A stretch of DNA of 64,000 bases from a virus (Duplodnaviria; Heunggongvirae; Uroviricota; Caudoviricetes). The stretch is taken from IMG/VR virus record IMGVR_UViG_3300044878_000087, positions 2,432 to 66,431 of that record; one strand, 5' to 3'. The translations under genes and the position numbers were made by a program. The stretch's first letter is position 1. Each line of letters starts with the position of its first letter. The notes beneath the pieces are model-generated. The model made no database searches, was not told where the DNA came from, and saw nothing but the letters and a program-made list of their open reading frames with translations. Positions 36,702 to 46,557 of this stretch are shown in pieces.

Positions 36702-38006
36702 TCATTTCAGCTTTTGCAGTTCTGCAATAAGATTCTTCATCTCTTTCACAGTCTGAGAAGCTGGGTTCTTCGACTTGAAGTCCAGCATCAGAATTTCGAT
36801 AGCACTGGAGTAGTACTCGCGATAAGTCTTAGCTGCAGCAATCTGTGCCTGAGCAGCACGGTTGAAGAAACCAACAATCTTGTTCAGATGATCTACTGCT
36901 TTGGTGATCGAATCAATTACGACTTGAGCACGTTCAGCTTGGTGTTCATCTTCGAGCTTGATAGAGCGAATACGCCCAAGAGCATCAGCAGCAGAGCCGT
37001 AGTGTTTAACGAGTTGATCAAAGTCGATCACTTGTACTTTACGGAAGCCTTCTACTTTATCCCAGAAGTCTGCACCCAGTTCTTTCAGCAGGAATTCATC
37101 ATCGTCAGAGAACACAGTCAGTTCATCAACGGTCTGTGCTACAGCAGCCAGATCACGGGCGGCATCAGAAGCATCATCGGATGGAATCTCTTTGCTATCC
37201 AGCAACATAGCCAGAACGTTTACACGACCAGCCGTAGCTTCAGCGGTAGACAGTGCTTCAGTATAAAGAGCTTTGACAGACTTGGTAGCTGTTTCCTGAG
37301 AGAAGCCGTATAGTGTTACTCGGTTACGATCCAGCTTAGAAGCAATCAACGCCGATTCACTGAGTTCGTTCAGAGTCTTAGCCGCTTCTGCACCCATTAC
37401 CCCATTGAGGGTTTTCATCTTGATGTAGATCTTACGAACTTCAATCAGTACATCACGGGCTTTCACCAGTTGAGCATCCAACACAACGTGCTTTTGCTTT
37501 AGACCCTTAACCCAACGATAACCCTGCATCACGATTTCGATCAGCTTGCGAATCCAAGCTTTGACTGTTTCGATAATTACCTTACCGATGTTCTCTAGGC
37601 TAGGACGTTGGTTCAGCAAAGAACGTTCTGGGGTATAGAAACCTTCGAACTCTTCCAGACCTGTTTGTGGCAGAGCAATGTTGTTATCGAGCATGCGTTT
37701 CTGAATAGCTTTCAATCCAGACATGTCATGAGAGCTAACGCCTTTAGCTTTGATCGTGGCATGTAGATCCAATAGATCGTTAATGCCCTCTACGGCTACC
37801 AGCAGTTCGTCTTGCAGTGTGTCCAGACTTGCAGTACCTTCGATCACGTCAACGGTCTGTGGAGCTGGTTCTTCTACCAGAGCTACCATCTCGGCTTGGT
37901 TATCGATAGGGTAGTCAATAGGGCTTTCCAACAGATCAGGAGAGACTTCCACATCTGGCGGAGTTGTAGGCTGTTCATTCAGTTGTGGCTCAAGTTCTTG
38001 ATCCAT
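36702..38006 (-). CDS. internal head protein (gp86-like)
   Basis: Acidic N-terminus; GLE/SLE then amphipathic helix KVIIETVKAWIRK. Confidence 0.68.
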   Translation of the reverse strand: MDQELEPQLNEQPTTPPDVEVSPDLLESPIDYPIDNQAEMVALVEEPAPQTVDVIEGTASLDTLQDELLVAVEGINDLLDLHATIKAKGVSSHDMSGLKAIQKRMLDNNIALPQTGLEEFEGFYTPERSLLNQRPSLENIGKVIIETVKAWIRKLIEIVMQGYRWVKGLKQKHVVLDAQLVKARDVLIEVRKIYIKMKTLNGVMGAEAAKTLNELSESALIASKLDRNRVTLYGFSQETATKSVKALYTEALSTAEATAGRVNVLAMLLDSKEIPSDDASDAARDLAAVAQTVDELTVFSDDDEFLLKELGADFWDKVEGFRKVQVIDFDQLVKHYGSAADALGRIRSIKLEDEHQAERAQVVIDSITKAVDHLNKIVGFFNRAAQAQIAAAKTYREYYSSAIEILMLDFKSKNPASQTVKEMKNLIAELQKLK

Positions 38007-38292
38007 TTTCTTTTTCCTTCTTGGCTTCGTAGATACGCTGCCGCTGTAAGTAGTGCTCGTATTTGATGATTTCTTTCAACACTTTACGACGGGCCACAGA
38101 TCGACCCTTGATCGGGTCGAATTGTTGGTCTGCGCCACAAGTGGCAGATTCGGTAATGGTCTGCTCGTTAATCAAACGGACGGAACAAATCGTCGTACGT
38201 GTTTCACTGATGTATCGCACATGCTCATCAACGATCAGTCCCTCGACATGTGCTTTAGTAATGCGAGGGATTCCGTTTGGATCAGCCATCAT
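37990..38292 (-). CDS. N4 gp49/Sf6 gp66 family protein (Acb4-like nucleotide sponge candidate)
   Basis: RIT..HVEGLI...TTICSVRLIN....ES..C....FD...GRSVAR......IKYEHYL matches the recalled family pattern. Confidence 0.65.
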   Translation of the reverse strand: MMADPNGIPRITKAHVEGLIVDEHVRYISETRTTICSVRLINEQTITESATCGADQQFDPIKGRSVARRKVLKEIIKYEHYLQRQRIYEAKKEKENGSRT

Positions 38293-38732
38293 CAACTCTC
38301 AGCGGTAGACTGTTTCAGTACGTCAGCGATTTCGAGTTGGCAACGAATGAAGTCAGGGCGAGATGCTAGCCACTCAGACATGGCGAACTCTTGACGAGTC
38401 AAACCATCTTCCATAGTAGAAGAGCACAGAGCAGCTTGAACGATCTGAGGATCGATTACACCCTGTACCAGTTCGAAACGGATACGGATGATTTCACGGA
38501 ACACGTCTTGGGCTTTCTTGGTATCGAGAGCAATGTTCTCGTTAACCGAACCACAAATGTCACGGAAGAATTTCATGTGGGCATCAGCACACTCGGATGC
38601 GGTCTTTTCCAGCATCAGAGGTACATGGAAGCCAACGGCGTTAGCAACGAACATAGCACGTGCCAGACGATCGTTGTTGGATGGTGCGCTCAGTTCTTTC
38701 ATGATGCGCGCGATAAGGAAACCAGTTCTCAT
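38292..38732 (-). CDS. conserved virion-region protein (gp85-like)
   Basis: 146 aa; synteny. Confidence 0.6.
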   Translation of the reverse strand: MRTGFLIARIMKELSAPSNNDRLARAMFVANAVGFHVPLMLEKTASECADAHMKFFRDICGSVNENIALDTKKAQDVFREIIRIRFELVQGVIDPQIVQAALCSSTMEDGLTRQEFAMSEWLASRPDFIRCQLEIADVLKQSTAES

Positions 38733-38743
38733 TTTCTTTTACC

Positions 38744-39982
38744 TTAGGCTTTGAATCGGTGGGCTTCAACGAACAGAGAGTTGTTGAGTAGGGCTTCGAG
38801 GTTTTCCTCGTGGGTAAGCAAACGTTTCTCACGACGGAGTTTCGGCGATGCTAGTTCAGCCATGTAATCGTAAAGGTTACGACCAGTGTGGTATTCTTTC
38901 AGCAGCTCGTCGAGAATATCGATGTCAGCTTGAATAGGGCTGATCAGTGTACGGTCTTTGATCGTCTTGAGTTGGTTGATCAGATCCATACGAATCTTCA
39001 GAACGCGTTCTTTCGGATCATCATAACGACCAGCGAAGTTCCAGTCATTGTCGCCGCTAACGGTCAGCAACCACAGAATAGTGAATGGTAGGAATACCAG
39101 AGCGGCTGCCATACGGAGCAAGTTACCCAGGAACGTTGGACGCTGATCGGTCTCAAAGCCGTAAGCTTTATACATCCGATGCAGCCCAGTAGCTACATGA
39201 CGACCATAACCCAAACGGGTAGCGAACAGGTCAGCCATTTGCTCTTCACGTTTGTGAGCCGAGGTAGGGTTATCGAACAGATAGTGGCGTGGGGCTTTCT
39301 TGTACGTGGACAAAATAGCACGACGGACTTTATCAGGCGAAGGACTGTTAACGAACTCTTCACGTTGGTCAGCTGGGATGTTCTTCTCAAGCCAAGTATG
39401 GTCGAGAACTTCCAGGTTGTATTCGTTTCGTTTATTACCCAGGGCAACATCGATACCATCAGTCAACGCGTAGTTGAGGAAGATGTAATCACCCAGTGTT
39501 ACGAACAGGTTAAAGGCATGACCACATTCATGCAGGATGATACCAGTGATTTCTTCATCGGTATAACCGTTGGCAGGAACAAAGAAAGCTTGAGAACAGT
39601 TCGACTTGAACTTGAGTTCATCAACCATCGGACCTTTAGCTGTCAGGTTCTTCAGGTCAACTTTGGTAACGTATTTCAGACCATCTTTAGAAGTGATCTT
39701 TTCGGTAGGGATGTACTTAGACCACGTGGTACCTTGGTGGCCCCAGTATTGGAAAGTCATCATCCACGCATCAGGGTGATCCCCTGGAGTAGAAATGAAT
39801 TCCACATTAAGACCGGTCATCTTAACGATATCACTGAGGCCTTTCAGTGTATCTTCAGAGACCGTACCACTGATCTCATATGACTTGCGCATTTTCGCGA
39901 CTTGTCCCTGGACTAGTTTGCCCAGATCACGAGATACATCAACAGAGATGACCTCATTGGAAACGGTGAATTGTTGTAGCAT
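38744..39982 (-). CDS. head protein with zincin HExxH motif, M48-like (gp84-like)
   Basis: IILHECGH, EEQMADLFATRLGYG, one TM-like segment, N-terminal VSNE. Confidence 0.65.
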   Translation of the reverse strand: MLQQFTVSNEVISVDVSRDLGKLVQGQVAKMRKSYEISGTVSEDTLKGLSDIVKMTGLNVEFISTPGDHPDAWMMTFQYWGHQGTTWSKYIPTEKITSKDGLKYVTKVDLKNLTAKGPMVDELKFKSNCSQAFFVPANGYTDEEITGIILHECGHAFNLFVTLGDYIFLNYALTDGIDVALGNKRNEYNLEVLDHTWLEKNIPADQREEFVNSPSPDKVRRAILSTYKKAPRHYLFDNPTSAHKREEQMADLFATRLGYGRHVATGLHRMYKAYGFETDQRPTFLGNLLRMAAALVFLPFTILWLLTVSGDNDWNFAGRYDDPKERVLKIRMDLINQLKTIKDRTLISPIQADIDILDELLKEYHTGRNLYDYMAELASPKLRREKRLLTHEENLEALLNNSLFVEAHRFKA

Positions 39983-40086
39983 GACATGCTTCCCATGGTT
40001 AGCTGATTAATCATAAAGATAAGGCTTTGGAGAAATACTGACGTTCCTAATCCTACGTGTTCAACCCATCTTAAAAGGAGTGTCTA

Positions 40087-42039
40087 ATGTCGACTATTGA
40101 ATTTAGTCCAGAGGACGTAATCGGTCGTGAAGCAAAGCATATCACGTACGTCCCAGATCAATTCGGTAAACAGCATGATGCTCACTTTGTAAAAGAAGTA
40201 TTGCATTTAAAGGGCGGCAAAACTGTTAGCCGTCTGGTGAAGTGGGAGGACTATGAGCGTAGCTACTACATTACGCAGAAAGGTCGTCGTAACCACACCG
40301 AGAAAAAAGATTATGAGGTCCTTGAGAATCTGCAGAAGTACAAAGCAACTCAGGTAAATCTCGCACGCAGCATCGCTAAGACTCTGGGTGACTATTCACA
40401 AGGTCCTAACCCGCGTCTCCGTAACTTGGCACGTAGTCCATATCTGTACGGCTCTGACGTCAGCTCGACTTGCTGCTTGAAGAACGATTACCAATCTCGT
40501 TATCCTGGTCTGATCTCACGGAACACGGTAGCTGGTGGTGACATCGAAACAAACGTATATGAATCTGACAAAGACGGTCAGATCATCTGTATGTCCGTAA
40601 CGCATAAAGAGAACGTGTATCTGGCGTATCTCGGTGATTGGGTTCACGACATCAAAGATCCGGTAGGTGAGACTTATCGTGAGATGGAATCGTTGCCAGA
40701 GCTGAAGGCTTTGATGCACGGTCGTAATTTGAAGATTGAAGTTGAAGTTGTTAAGACTCCAGCTGATATCGTGATCCAATGCTTCAAGCGTTTGCATGAA
40801 TGGAAACCAGACTTCTTTGCTTTCTGGAACATCGAGTTCGACATGACTCGAATCCTGAAGACTCTCGATGACTATGGCATTGATCCGAAAGATGTATTCT
40901 CGGATGCTTCGGTGCCAGCGAATTATCGTCATTTCCATTTCAAGAAAGACTCGGCAATGATGACTACAGCTTCGGGTGTTTCGAAGTCTCGTGGTCCTCA
41001 GGATCAGTGGCACTGGATTACAGCTCCGGCTACGTTCCAATGTATCGACTCGATGTCAACGTATCGTGTAACGCGTCTGGCGAAGGGTAAGGAACCTTCT
41101 TATGCTCTGAACTACATTCTGGGTAAAGAACTCAGTGTGAATGAAGAGACCGAGCTCAAGGGTCCTGATGATCTGTTGAAGTTCTTGAAGAAGTGCGAGA
41201 AGAGGCTGAATGAAACTCCAGGTTCGTTTCCGCATTGGTTCATTAACGAAGTGTCAGTTCACAACTTGGATAATGCCAAGGTCGGTGATACGGTTTGTCT
41301 GAAAGTAGACTTCGGTAAGTTGGACTTCGAAGCAGTCGCTAACCTCAACGGTATCGAATGGCACCGTGAGATGCAAACGAAGCACAAGATCAAATACGGT
41401 CTATACAACATCATCGACAGCATGCGTCTGGAACAACTCGATGAGAAGATCAATGACCTAGCACGTTCGATTACTTTGTTCTCTAAGTCTTCTGACTATA
41501 AGAACTTCTCGTCTAACCCTAAGCGTCTGGTTGACGACATGCACTTCTGGTATTTGAAGCGCGGTCAAGTAATCGGTTCGTCTTCGGATCAGATGGTTCA
41601 TGAACTCGATCAGTATGTCGTATCGCACCGTGACTGGATTGTTACGTTGCCTTCGTATATGGCGGGCCAGCATGGTATTCGTTGTGTCAAGGACTTACCG
41701 AACTATCACACGCTGATTTATGTTCACGTAGCTGACTTAGACATTGTATCGACTTATCCTAACGTATCGCAGATTCTGAACATTGCCCGTGAAACCACGG
41801 TAATGGAATTCTCTGCAATTCAAGGTGTGTCGGAACTATGGCGTCGTGAAGCGGGGGTTAACTTAACGGCTGGTCGGGTGAACTCGGTAGAGATCACACA
41901 GAAGCTGATGTCTGCTCCTCGTTTGGATACTGTGTTGTTGGCGTTCATGGAACACATCGGCATGGCTGAACCTACGTTGGATCAAGCTGTAGCTGCGGTA
42001 CCTGTTGAAAAGAAGGACGTATCAGTGGAAGCGGCATGA
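40087..42039 (+). CDS. split family B DNA polymerase, exonuclease plus motif A subunit (phiKZ gp82-like)
   Basis: ExoI DIET, ExoII FWNIEFD, ExoIII YNIIDS, motif A DLDIVSTYP; motifs B and C not seen. Confidence 0.85.
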   Translation: MSTIEFSPEDVIGREAKHITYVPDQFGKQHDAHFVKEVLHLKGGKTVSRLVKWEDYERSYYITQKGRRNHTEKKDYEVLENLQKYKATQVNLARSIAKTLGDYSQGPNPRLRNLARSPYLYGSDVSSTCCLKNDYQSRYPGLISRNTVAGGDIETNVYESDKDGQIICMSVTHKENVYLAYLGDWVHDIKDPVGETYREMESLPELKALMHGRNLKIEVEVVKTPADIVIQCFKRLHEWKPDFFAFWNIEFDMTRILKTLDDYGIDPKDVFSDASVPANYRHFHFKKDSAMMTTASGVSKSRGPQDQWHWITAPATFQCIDSMSTYRVTRLAKGKEPSYALNYILGKELSVNEETELKGPDDLLKFLKKCEKRLNETPGSFPHWFINEVSVHNLDNAKVGDTVCLKVDFGKLDFEAVANLNGIEWHREMQTKHKIKYGLYNIIDSMRLEQLDEKINDLARSITLFSKSSDYKNFSSNPKRLVDDMHFWYLKRGQVIGSSSDQMVHELDQYVVSHRDWIVTLPSYMAGQHGIRCVKDLPNYHTLIYVHVADLDIVSTYPNVSQILNIARETTVMEFSAIQGVSELWRREAGVNLTAGRVNSVEITQKLMSAPRLDTVLLAFMEHIGMAEPTLDQAVAAVPVEKKDVSVEAA

Positions 42040-42385
42040 TGGGTATGAATGCTCATCGCAGGGAGACAAACGATTCTCTGCGATGTTCGCCCTCATGCCT
42101 GATGGACGCACCATCGAGGCTCATTACCAATGTGACGTTAAAGGAATAGCTCCTGGCTCCAGTGATTGGCGGTTAGGTAAAGGAAAGCCCCCTGTGGACA
42201 AGTCTATTGACTCCTGGGGCGAATACAAGAAGCTATGGACCATCTGGGCGGATCTAAACCCAGACCTCATGCGTGAGCTCTCAGAAGCTTGTGCATTGAT
42301 GGACTACACATTGTCAGATAAGTTTGCTAACACTGATATTTCTCAAGCACGTGCGTTGTGTGAGTTACTAAATGAAAGATTTTGA
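42005..42385 (+). CDS. conserved phage protein, possibly NADAR/YbiA-related
   Basis: GYECSSQGDKRFSAMFA...RTIEAHYQ...K...SQARAL. Confidence 0.5.
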   Translation: MKRRTYQWKRHDGYECSSQGDKRFSAMFALMPDGRTIEAHYQCDVKGIAPGSSDWRLGKGKPPVDKSIDSWGEYKKLWTIWADLNPDLMRELSEACALMDYTLSDKFANTDISQARALCELLNERF

Positions 42386-42674
42386 TATGACGTTTGGAGA
42401 CCTGTTAGACTTTGCTTCTTATGTTGGTTGGGATGGACATAGTGCTTGCGCTGTTGTCCATCATTCCAGAGAGAAAGCAAAGGAGTTGTATAACAGCTAT
42501 AAACTGTACAACCGTGAATGCGAGATGTCTTTACAGACTAATGGCATGATTACATTACATGCTCCATGCTTACATGGACGTATGGAAATTACAGTAGACG
42601 TCGATGTTTATTACGTTGACATCTATTGTGAGACCCTGAAGAAAAACATCTTGGATATGTCGGTAAAGTACTGA
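42372..42674 (+). CDS. hypothetical protein
   Basis: 100 aa, overlaps upstream gene, ends at terminator. Confidence 0.6.
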   Translation: MKDFDMTFGDLLDFASYVGWDGHSACAVVHHSREKAKELYNSYKLYNRECEMSLQTNGMITLHAPCLHGRMEITVDVDVYYVDIYCETLKKNILDMSVKY

Positions 42675-42685
42675 GACAACATATT

Positions 42686-42707
42686 AGCCTTCCCCTAGGG
42701 GAAGGCT
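42686..42707. terminator. bidirectional terminator
   Basis: Palindrome AGCCTTCCCCTAGGGGAAGGCT between convergent genes. Confidence 0.75.
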
Positions 42708-42715
42708 TTATGCCG

Positions 42716-44800
42716 TTATGGGTTGTACTTCCAAGCTTGAGCGCCTGCGGCACCATTACCACCGAAGATGTAGAACGATTCACCAACTTTAACAGTTGCT
42801 GGGTTCTCACCGACAGTGTATGGAATTGTGCCAAGTGTTTCGTACAGGTTTGTTTCTGGTCTGTACCGAACAACTTTCGTCGCATCTGCTGGAGTAGCGG
42901 TATTACCACCGATCAGATACACGCCTAGCTTCGCATAGAAGCTCGAATGACTGTATCGGGCACTAGACATTGGTGCACGTGCAAGACTTGCGCCAGTTGC
43001 TAGGGTTAGCTCCGTCATTGCTGCACTTGCTGCACCAACGTAACCACCAGAGTAATAGATTTTGCCATATCCATTTTCTGCCAAGCCGTAGATAGAACCG
43101 GCTACTGACCCAGATACAGTCGTGACCGCACCAGTGATGGTATCAATGCGTTGAATTGCAGTAACCGCTGTACCACCTGTAGTCAAACCACCGATGATCA
43201 AGAAGCCAGTACCATCCTTCACCATTTTGTGGCGAGCACGAGCAGTCAATGTACCACCGGTCTGCGTCAGTGTGGACCAAGTATTCGCAACCGGATCATA
43301 CACCTGAACACTGTTCAAATAAAGCGAACCACCATCCAAGCCACCGAAGACGTACATCTTACCACCGATGACAACTGCGTCGTGGAATGATCTTGCAGAA
43401 GTGGATGCTTTAGCAGTGAACGTTTTAGCTACTGGATCGAATACATGCAATGTACCTTGTTGTACAGTTGATTCGTTATAACCACCATGTAGGTAAACCA
43501 ATCCATCGATCTCAGCACCAGCCCAACGAGAACGTTGCATTGGCATTGTACCTTGGTTTTCCCATGTATCTACATAAGCTGGTGGTACATCAATCAACTC
43601 CAGCACTGGACGCCAGCCGTAAGCTGGGTCTGCACCTGCAGCGACGATCTGATACCATGCGCCCATCATTCCAGGGTAACCACAGAGTGCCCAGTTTCCA
43701 TCGCCATGCTTATCCCAGACATGCGTCATACCACCGTTCATTGGGTAAGGTCCACCCAGGTCAGCCGATGAATAGCTCGCCCATGTACCATCGGTCAAGT
43801 TGGTCATCCATCTTATCCATTCGCCACCGGCGGTGCTACTTACAGCAGTATCACGACCAGTCATCAATCGAACTTTATATTGCTTACCACCGAAGGTGAT
43901 TAGCTTACTGCCATCAACAACACCGGCTGCGTTCAATTGTTCACGTGTCATTGAGATGGAGAGAGGAACTTTAGGGAAATAATAAGTCTTACCGTTCTCA
44001 ACAATCATCATCCATGGTGGTGAACCATTCTGCGTACCGATTGTTGCACCGACTGCAGTTTGTAGATCAGCAAAAGTAATAAGGTTAGATTGTGCGATCT
44101 CACCACGGAATGGCGTTACTGGTGCTTCTGGGATAGTTGACTTCCGTCGTAATACAGGGCGCCAGCCGTAGTGGTTAGCGGTCTCTGCGGCATATTGAAA
44201 CCAACATCCAACTACGTTAGCATTACCTGCAGACGAATATCCACGTGTAGCATGTTGGTTACTGGCATCGCCTTCTAGGCACAGTGTTTGTGCGCCAGGA
44301 GATGACTCCATTCGCGTTGGCCCAAGACCTAAGTCAGTGACAGTGTACATCGCCCATTGTGGGGCAGTCGGGAATTTCTCAGCACGACCATCGCCCGTGT
44401 AGATCGGGTAGATCAACTCGTTCCATTCACCACCAGCGTTGGCTTCACCAAATGCCGTACGTGGTTTCAATGAACTTATCCAGCCTGGTACATAGACTTC
44501 GCCACCAATGGTGATTTCCTTATCTTTCTGCGCATTCTCAACAGTAGACCACAGAATATTAGCTCGGCAACACTTACGATAAATGTAAATGTCCGTGCCA
44601 TCTGTTTTGTTGTAATGTAGCCAGCCTGCATCTCGGTTAAGAGAAGTTGTTCCTGTAGTCACTAGTCCAATTTGTGCTTCAAGTTCATCTGGACTAATGA
44701 ACTGGGCGTTACTCACCCAGCCTTTAAACACGGTATTGTCTAACACCGTCGGGGGTACCCACCCTGGTCCGAATCGCGTGGTCATCATTAATTCAAACAT
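42716..44800 (-). CDS. virion protein with two phiKZ tail-family domains and C-terminal Kelch propeller
   Basis: Duplicated GGEW...W..Y...DLG...GWRPVL; Kelch repeats (YLHGG, YVFGG, LIIGG, YYSGG, YLIGG, YIFGG). Confidence 0.75.
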   Translation of the reverse strand: MFELMMTTRFGPGWVPPTVLDNTVFKGWVSNAQFISPDELEAQIGLVTTGTTSLNRDAGWLHYNKTDGTDIYIYRKCCRANILWSTVENAQKDKEITIGGEVYVPGWISSLKPRTAFGEANAGGEWNELIYPIYTGDGRAEKFPTAPQWAMYTVTDLGLGPTRMESSPGAQTLCLEGDASNQHATRGYSSAGNANVVGCWFQYAAETANHYGWRPVLRRKSTIPEAPVTPFRGEIAQSNLITFADLQTAVGATIGTQNGSPPWMMIVENGKTYYFPKVPLSISMTREQLNAAGVVDGSKLITFGGKQYKVRLMTGRDTAVSSTAGGEWIRWMTNLTDGTWASYSSADLGGPYPMNGGMTHVWDKHGDGNWALCGYPGMMGAWYQIVAAGADPAYGWRPVLELIDVPPAYVDTWENQGTMPMQRSRWAGAEIDGLVYLHGGYNESTVQQGTLHVFDPVAKTFTAKASTSARSFHDAVVIGGKMYVFGGLDGGSLYLNSVQVYDPVANTWSTLTQTGGTLTARARHKMVKDGTGFLIIGGLTTGGTAVTAIQRIDTITGAVTTVSGSVAGSIYGLAENGYGKIYYSGGYVGAASAAMTELTLATGASLARAPMSSARYSHSSFYAKLGVYLIGGNTATPADATKVVRYRPETNLYETLGTIPYTVGENPATVKVGESFYIFGGNGAAGAQAWKYNP

Positions 44801-44895
44801 TTTATTCTCCGCTATTAAGAGGTGTACTTCCTTGCAGCCATTTGGCTAGCGGTCACCAGGTGTTATTTGTTTCTTACACATAATTACGTCATAAA

Positions 44896-44913
44896 GCCTA
44901 CCCGAAGGTAGGC
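44896..44913 (-). terminator. hairpin followed by TTTATG
   Basis: GCCTACC-TTCG-GGTAGGC-TTTATG. Confidence 0.72.
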
Positions 44914-44920
44914 CCTAGGA

Positions 44921-46468
44921 TTAGCAGTAGCGTTGGAAGAATTCCAGCAGCCAGCCTTGACGGTTGGATGGGAACTTACGCAGCAGGAATGGAAGGTCCA
45001 CTTGCTTACGCGCAGCTTTGTCTGGATCGGTGTAGACGTGGAAGATCGCCAGCAGGTTAATGTGGGTTTCTTGCAGATCACCTTCGGTACGCAGGGTACC
45101 AGTAAAACGACCAGCGTAGGTAGGTTCGAACAAACCATCACGATGCTTCTTGTAGAAGTCACGGAAGTAAGTCATTGCAGAACCGAAGCCAGCTGGGTCT
45201 TCGAGTTTCAGGATGTAACGGAACAGGTTGTCAAGTTCGCGTTGTTCTTTGGCACCGATCTCAGCAGTAATAGCTACGCCAGGCGCACATGCTTTCAGGT
45301 AACGTTCAGTTTGGGTTCGCAGATATGCGGCATTCATTGCAGTCAGCCCTTGTGGGATTACAGTTTCTGTTTGCACGACCGGCTCAGCGATCGTCGGTTC
45401 AGGAGTTGCAGCAGTAGGTTGTACACCAACTACTTTCACAGAATTGCTCTGCATTTTCTTGTAAGCACGAATGACATCATCCGCACGGTTAGATTGTGCA
45501 CACAGATCCAGACGCTTGTTCATTTCAGTAGCGACTTTCTGATCATTGGTTTCACCGACAGCACGGATCTCGCCCAGAGCCCAAGCAACCAGTTCTTGAG
45601 TAGTCCACTCATTGGCAGGACGACGAGCACGGGTTACGTCATTACGCCATGCACCGTTCGAAGTCTTTGGTGGTTCCAGACCTTGGGTCAAGAAGTCGAT
45701 CAGGTCACGTACGGACCAAGCCGCATCTACGGATACCAGTTGACGATAAGCTTTTGCCAGGGCACCGTATTGGTTCTCACCAATGTCTACCAGGAAACCA
45801 TTGAAGCCATCCAGGATTTCATCAACACCCCAGGTAGCGATGTCACGTTCTTTACGGGTTACGTCATTGACGATGGAACCCCGTTCAGTATGTTCGATGA
45901 GGTTTCCACCACCGGCGATCCACTGGTCGATGTGTTCGTCATTCCAGCTGTCGGGGATTCCGTGACTAGCCCGGAAAGCAGCGTAGTCAAATTCATTTGC
46001 CTGTTCCGTAGCGCTGAGATCAGCGGCTTGTTCCACTGCGACGATGTCATCGCTGCTGGTTTCAATGCTTTCATCTTTTACGTCCGCTTCGTTCATTTGT
46101 TCTACTTCTTCATTGGCCTTGTGGGCACGGTATTGATTGATGATCAGGTCTACGGCATCTTCGATATCTTGGCCGGTAAAGTCTGCACCAGTGATGGAAA
46201 GTTCTGTTTTGGTAAAGCTGTCGTAAACGTATCCCTCAGGATTGTCGTTCACATATCGGAACCAACGGTCCACTAGGTCTTGGTCGCCCTGCATGAACCA
46301 TGTCAATGCTAGGTTTACTTCACTTGGTCCATCAGCTGTCCAGGTTGTTTCCATGATCTCTTTAACAGCATCTGTGTTCAGGTCCGTTTGAAGAGGGATT
46401 GCAGTTGGAGCCATTGGTTGTACTGGAATAGATCCATCAGCTTGACGGAATGATTTGCGCTTAGACAT
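44921..46468 (-). CDS. conserved hypothetical protein with internal repeat
   Basis: 515 aa; two NDVTR..R....W repeats. Confidence 0.7.
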   Translation of the reverse strand: MSKRKSFRQADGSIPVQPMAPTAIPLQTDLNTDAVKEIMETTWTADGPSEVNLALTWFMQGDQDLVDRWFRYVNDNPEGYVYDSFTKTELSITGADFTGQDIEDAVDLIINQYRAHKANEEVEQMNEADVKDESIETSSDDIVAVEQAADLSATEQANEFDYAAFRASHGIPDSWNDEHIDQWIAGGGNLIEHTERGSIVNDVTRKERDIATWGVDEILDGFNGFLVDIGENQYGALAKAYRQLVSVDAAWSVRDLIDFLTQGLEPPKTSNGAWRNDVTRARRPANEWTTQELVAWALGEIRAVGETNDQKVATEMNKRLDLCAQSNRADDVIRAYKKMQSNSVKVVGVQPTAATPEPTIAEPVVQTETVIPQGLTAMNAAYLRTQTERYLKACAPGVAITAEIGAKEQRELDNLFRYILKLEDPAGFGSAMTYFRDFYKKHRDGLFEPTYAGRFTGTLRTEGDLQETHINLLAIFHVYTDPDKAARKQVDLPFLLRKFPSNRQGWLLEFFQRYC

Positions 46469-46520
46469 TAGAAATCCTTGTTAGCTATAGTTCAAAACAT
46501 AAGGGACTCAAGTAATAAAG

Positions 46521-46556
46521 AAAAAAAAAATAAGGGGTGAGGAGCCCGAAGGCTCC
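46521..46556 (-). terminator. intrinsic terminator
   Basis: GGAGCC-TTCG-GGCTCC then poly-T on minus strand. Confidence 0.7.
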
Positions 46557-46557
46557 G

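Noticed and set aside
42716-44800. Diversity-generating retroelement target
   Set aside because: No reverse transcriptase or adenine-specific template/variable repeat pair seen in the window
44933-46276. 447 aa plus-strand ORF
   Set aside because: Antisense shadow of 44921..46468
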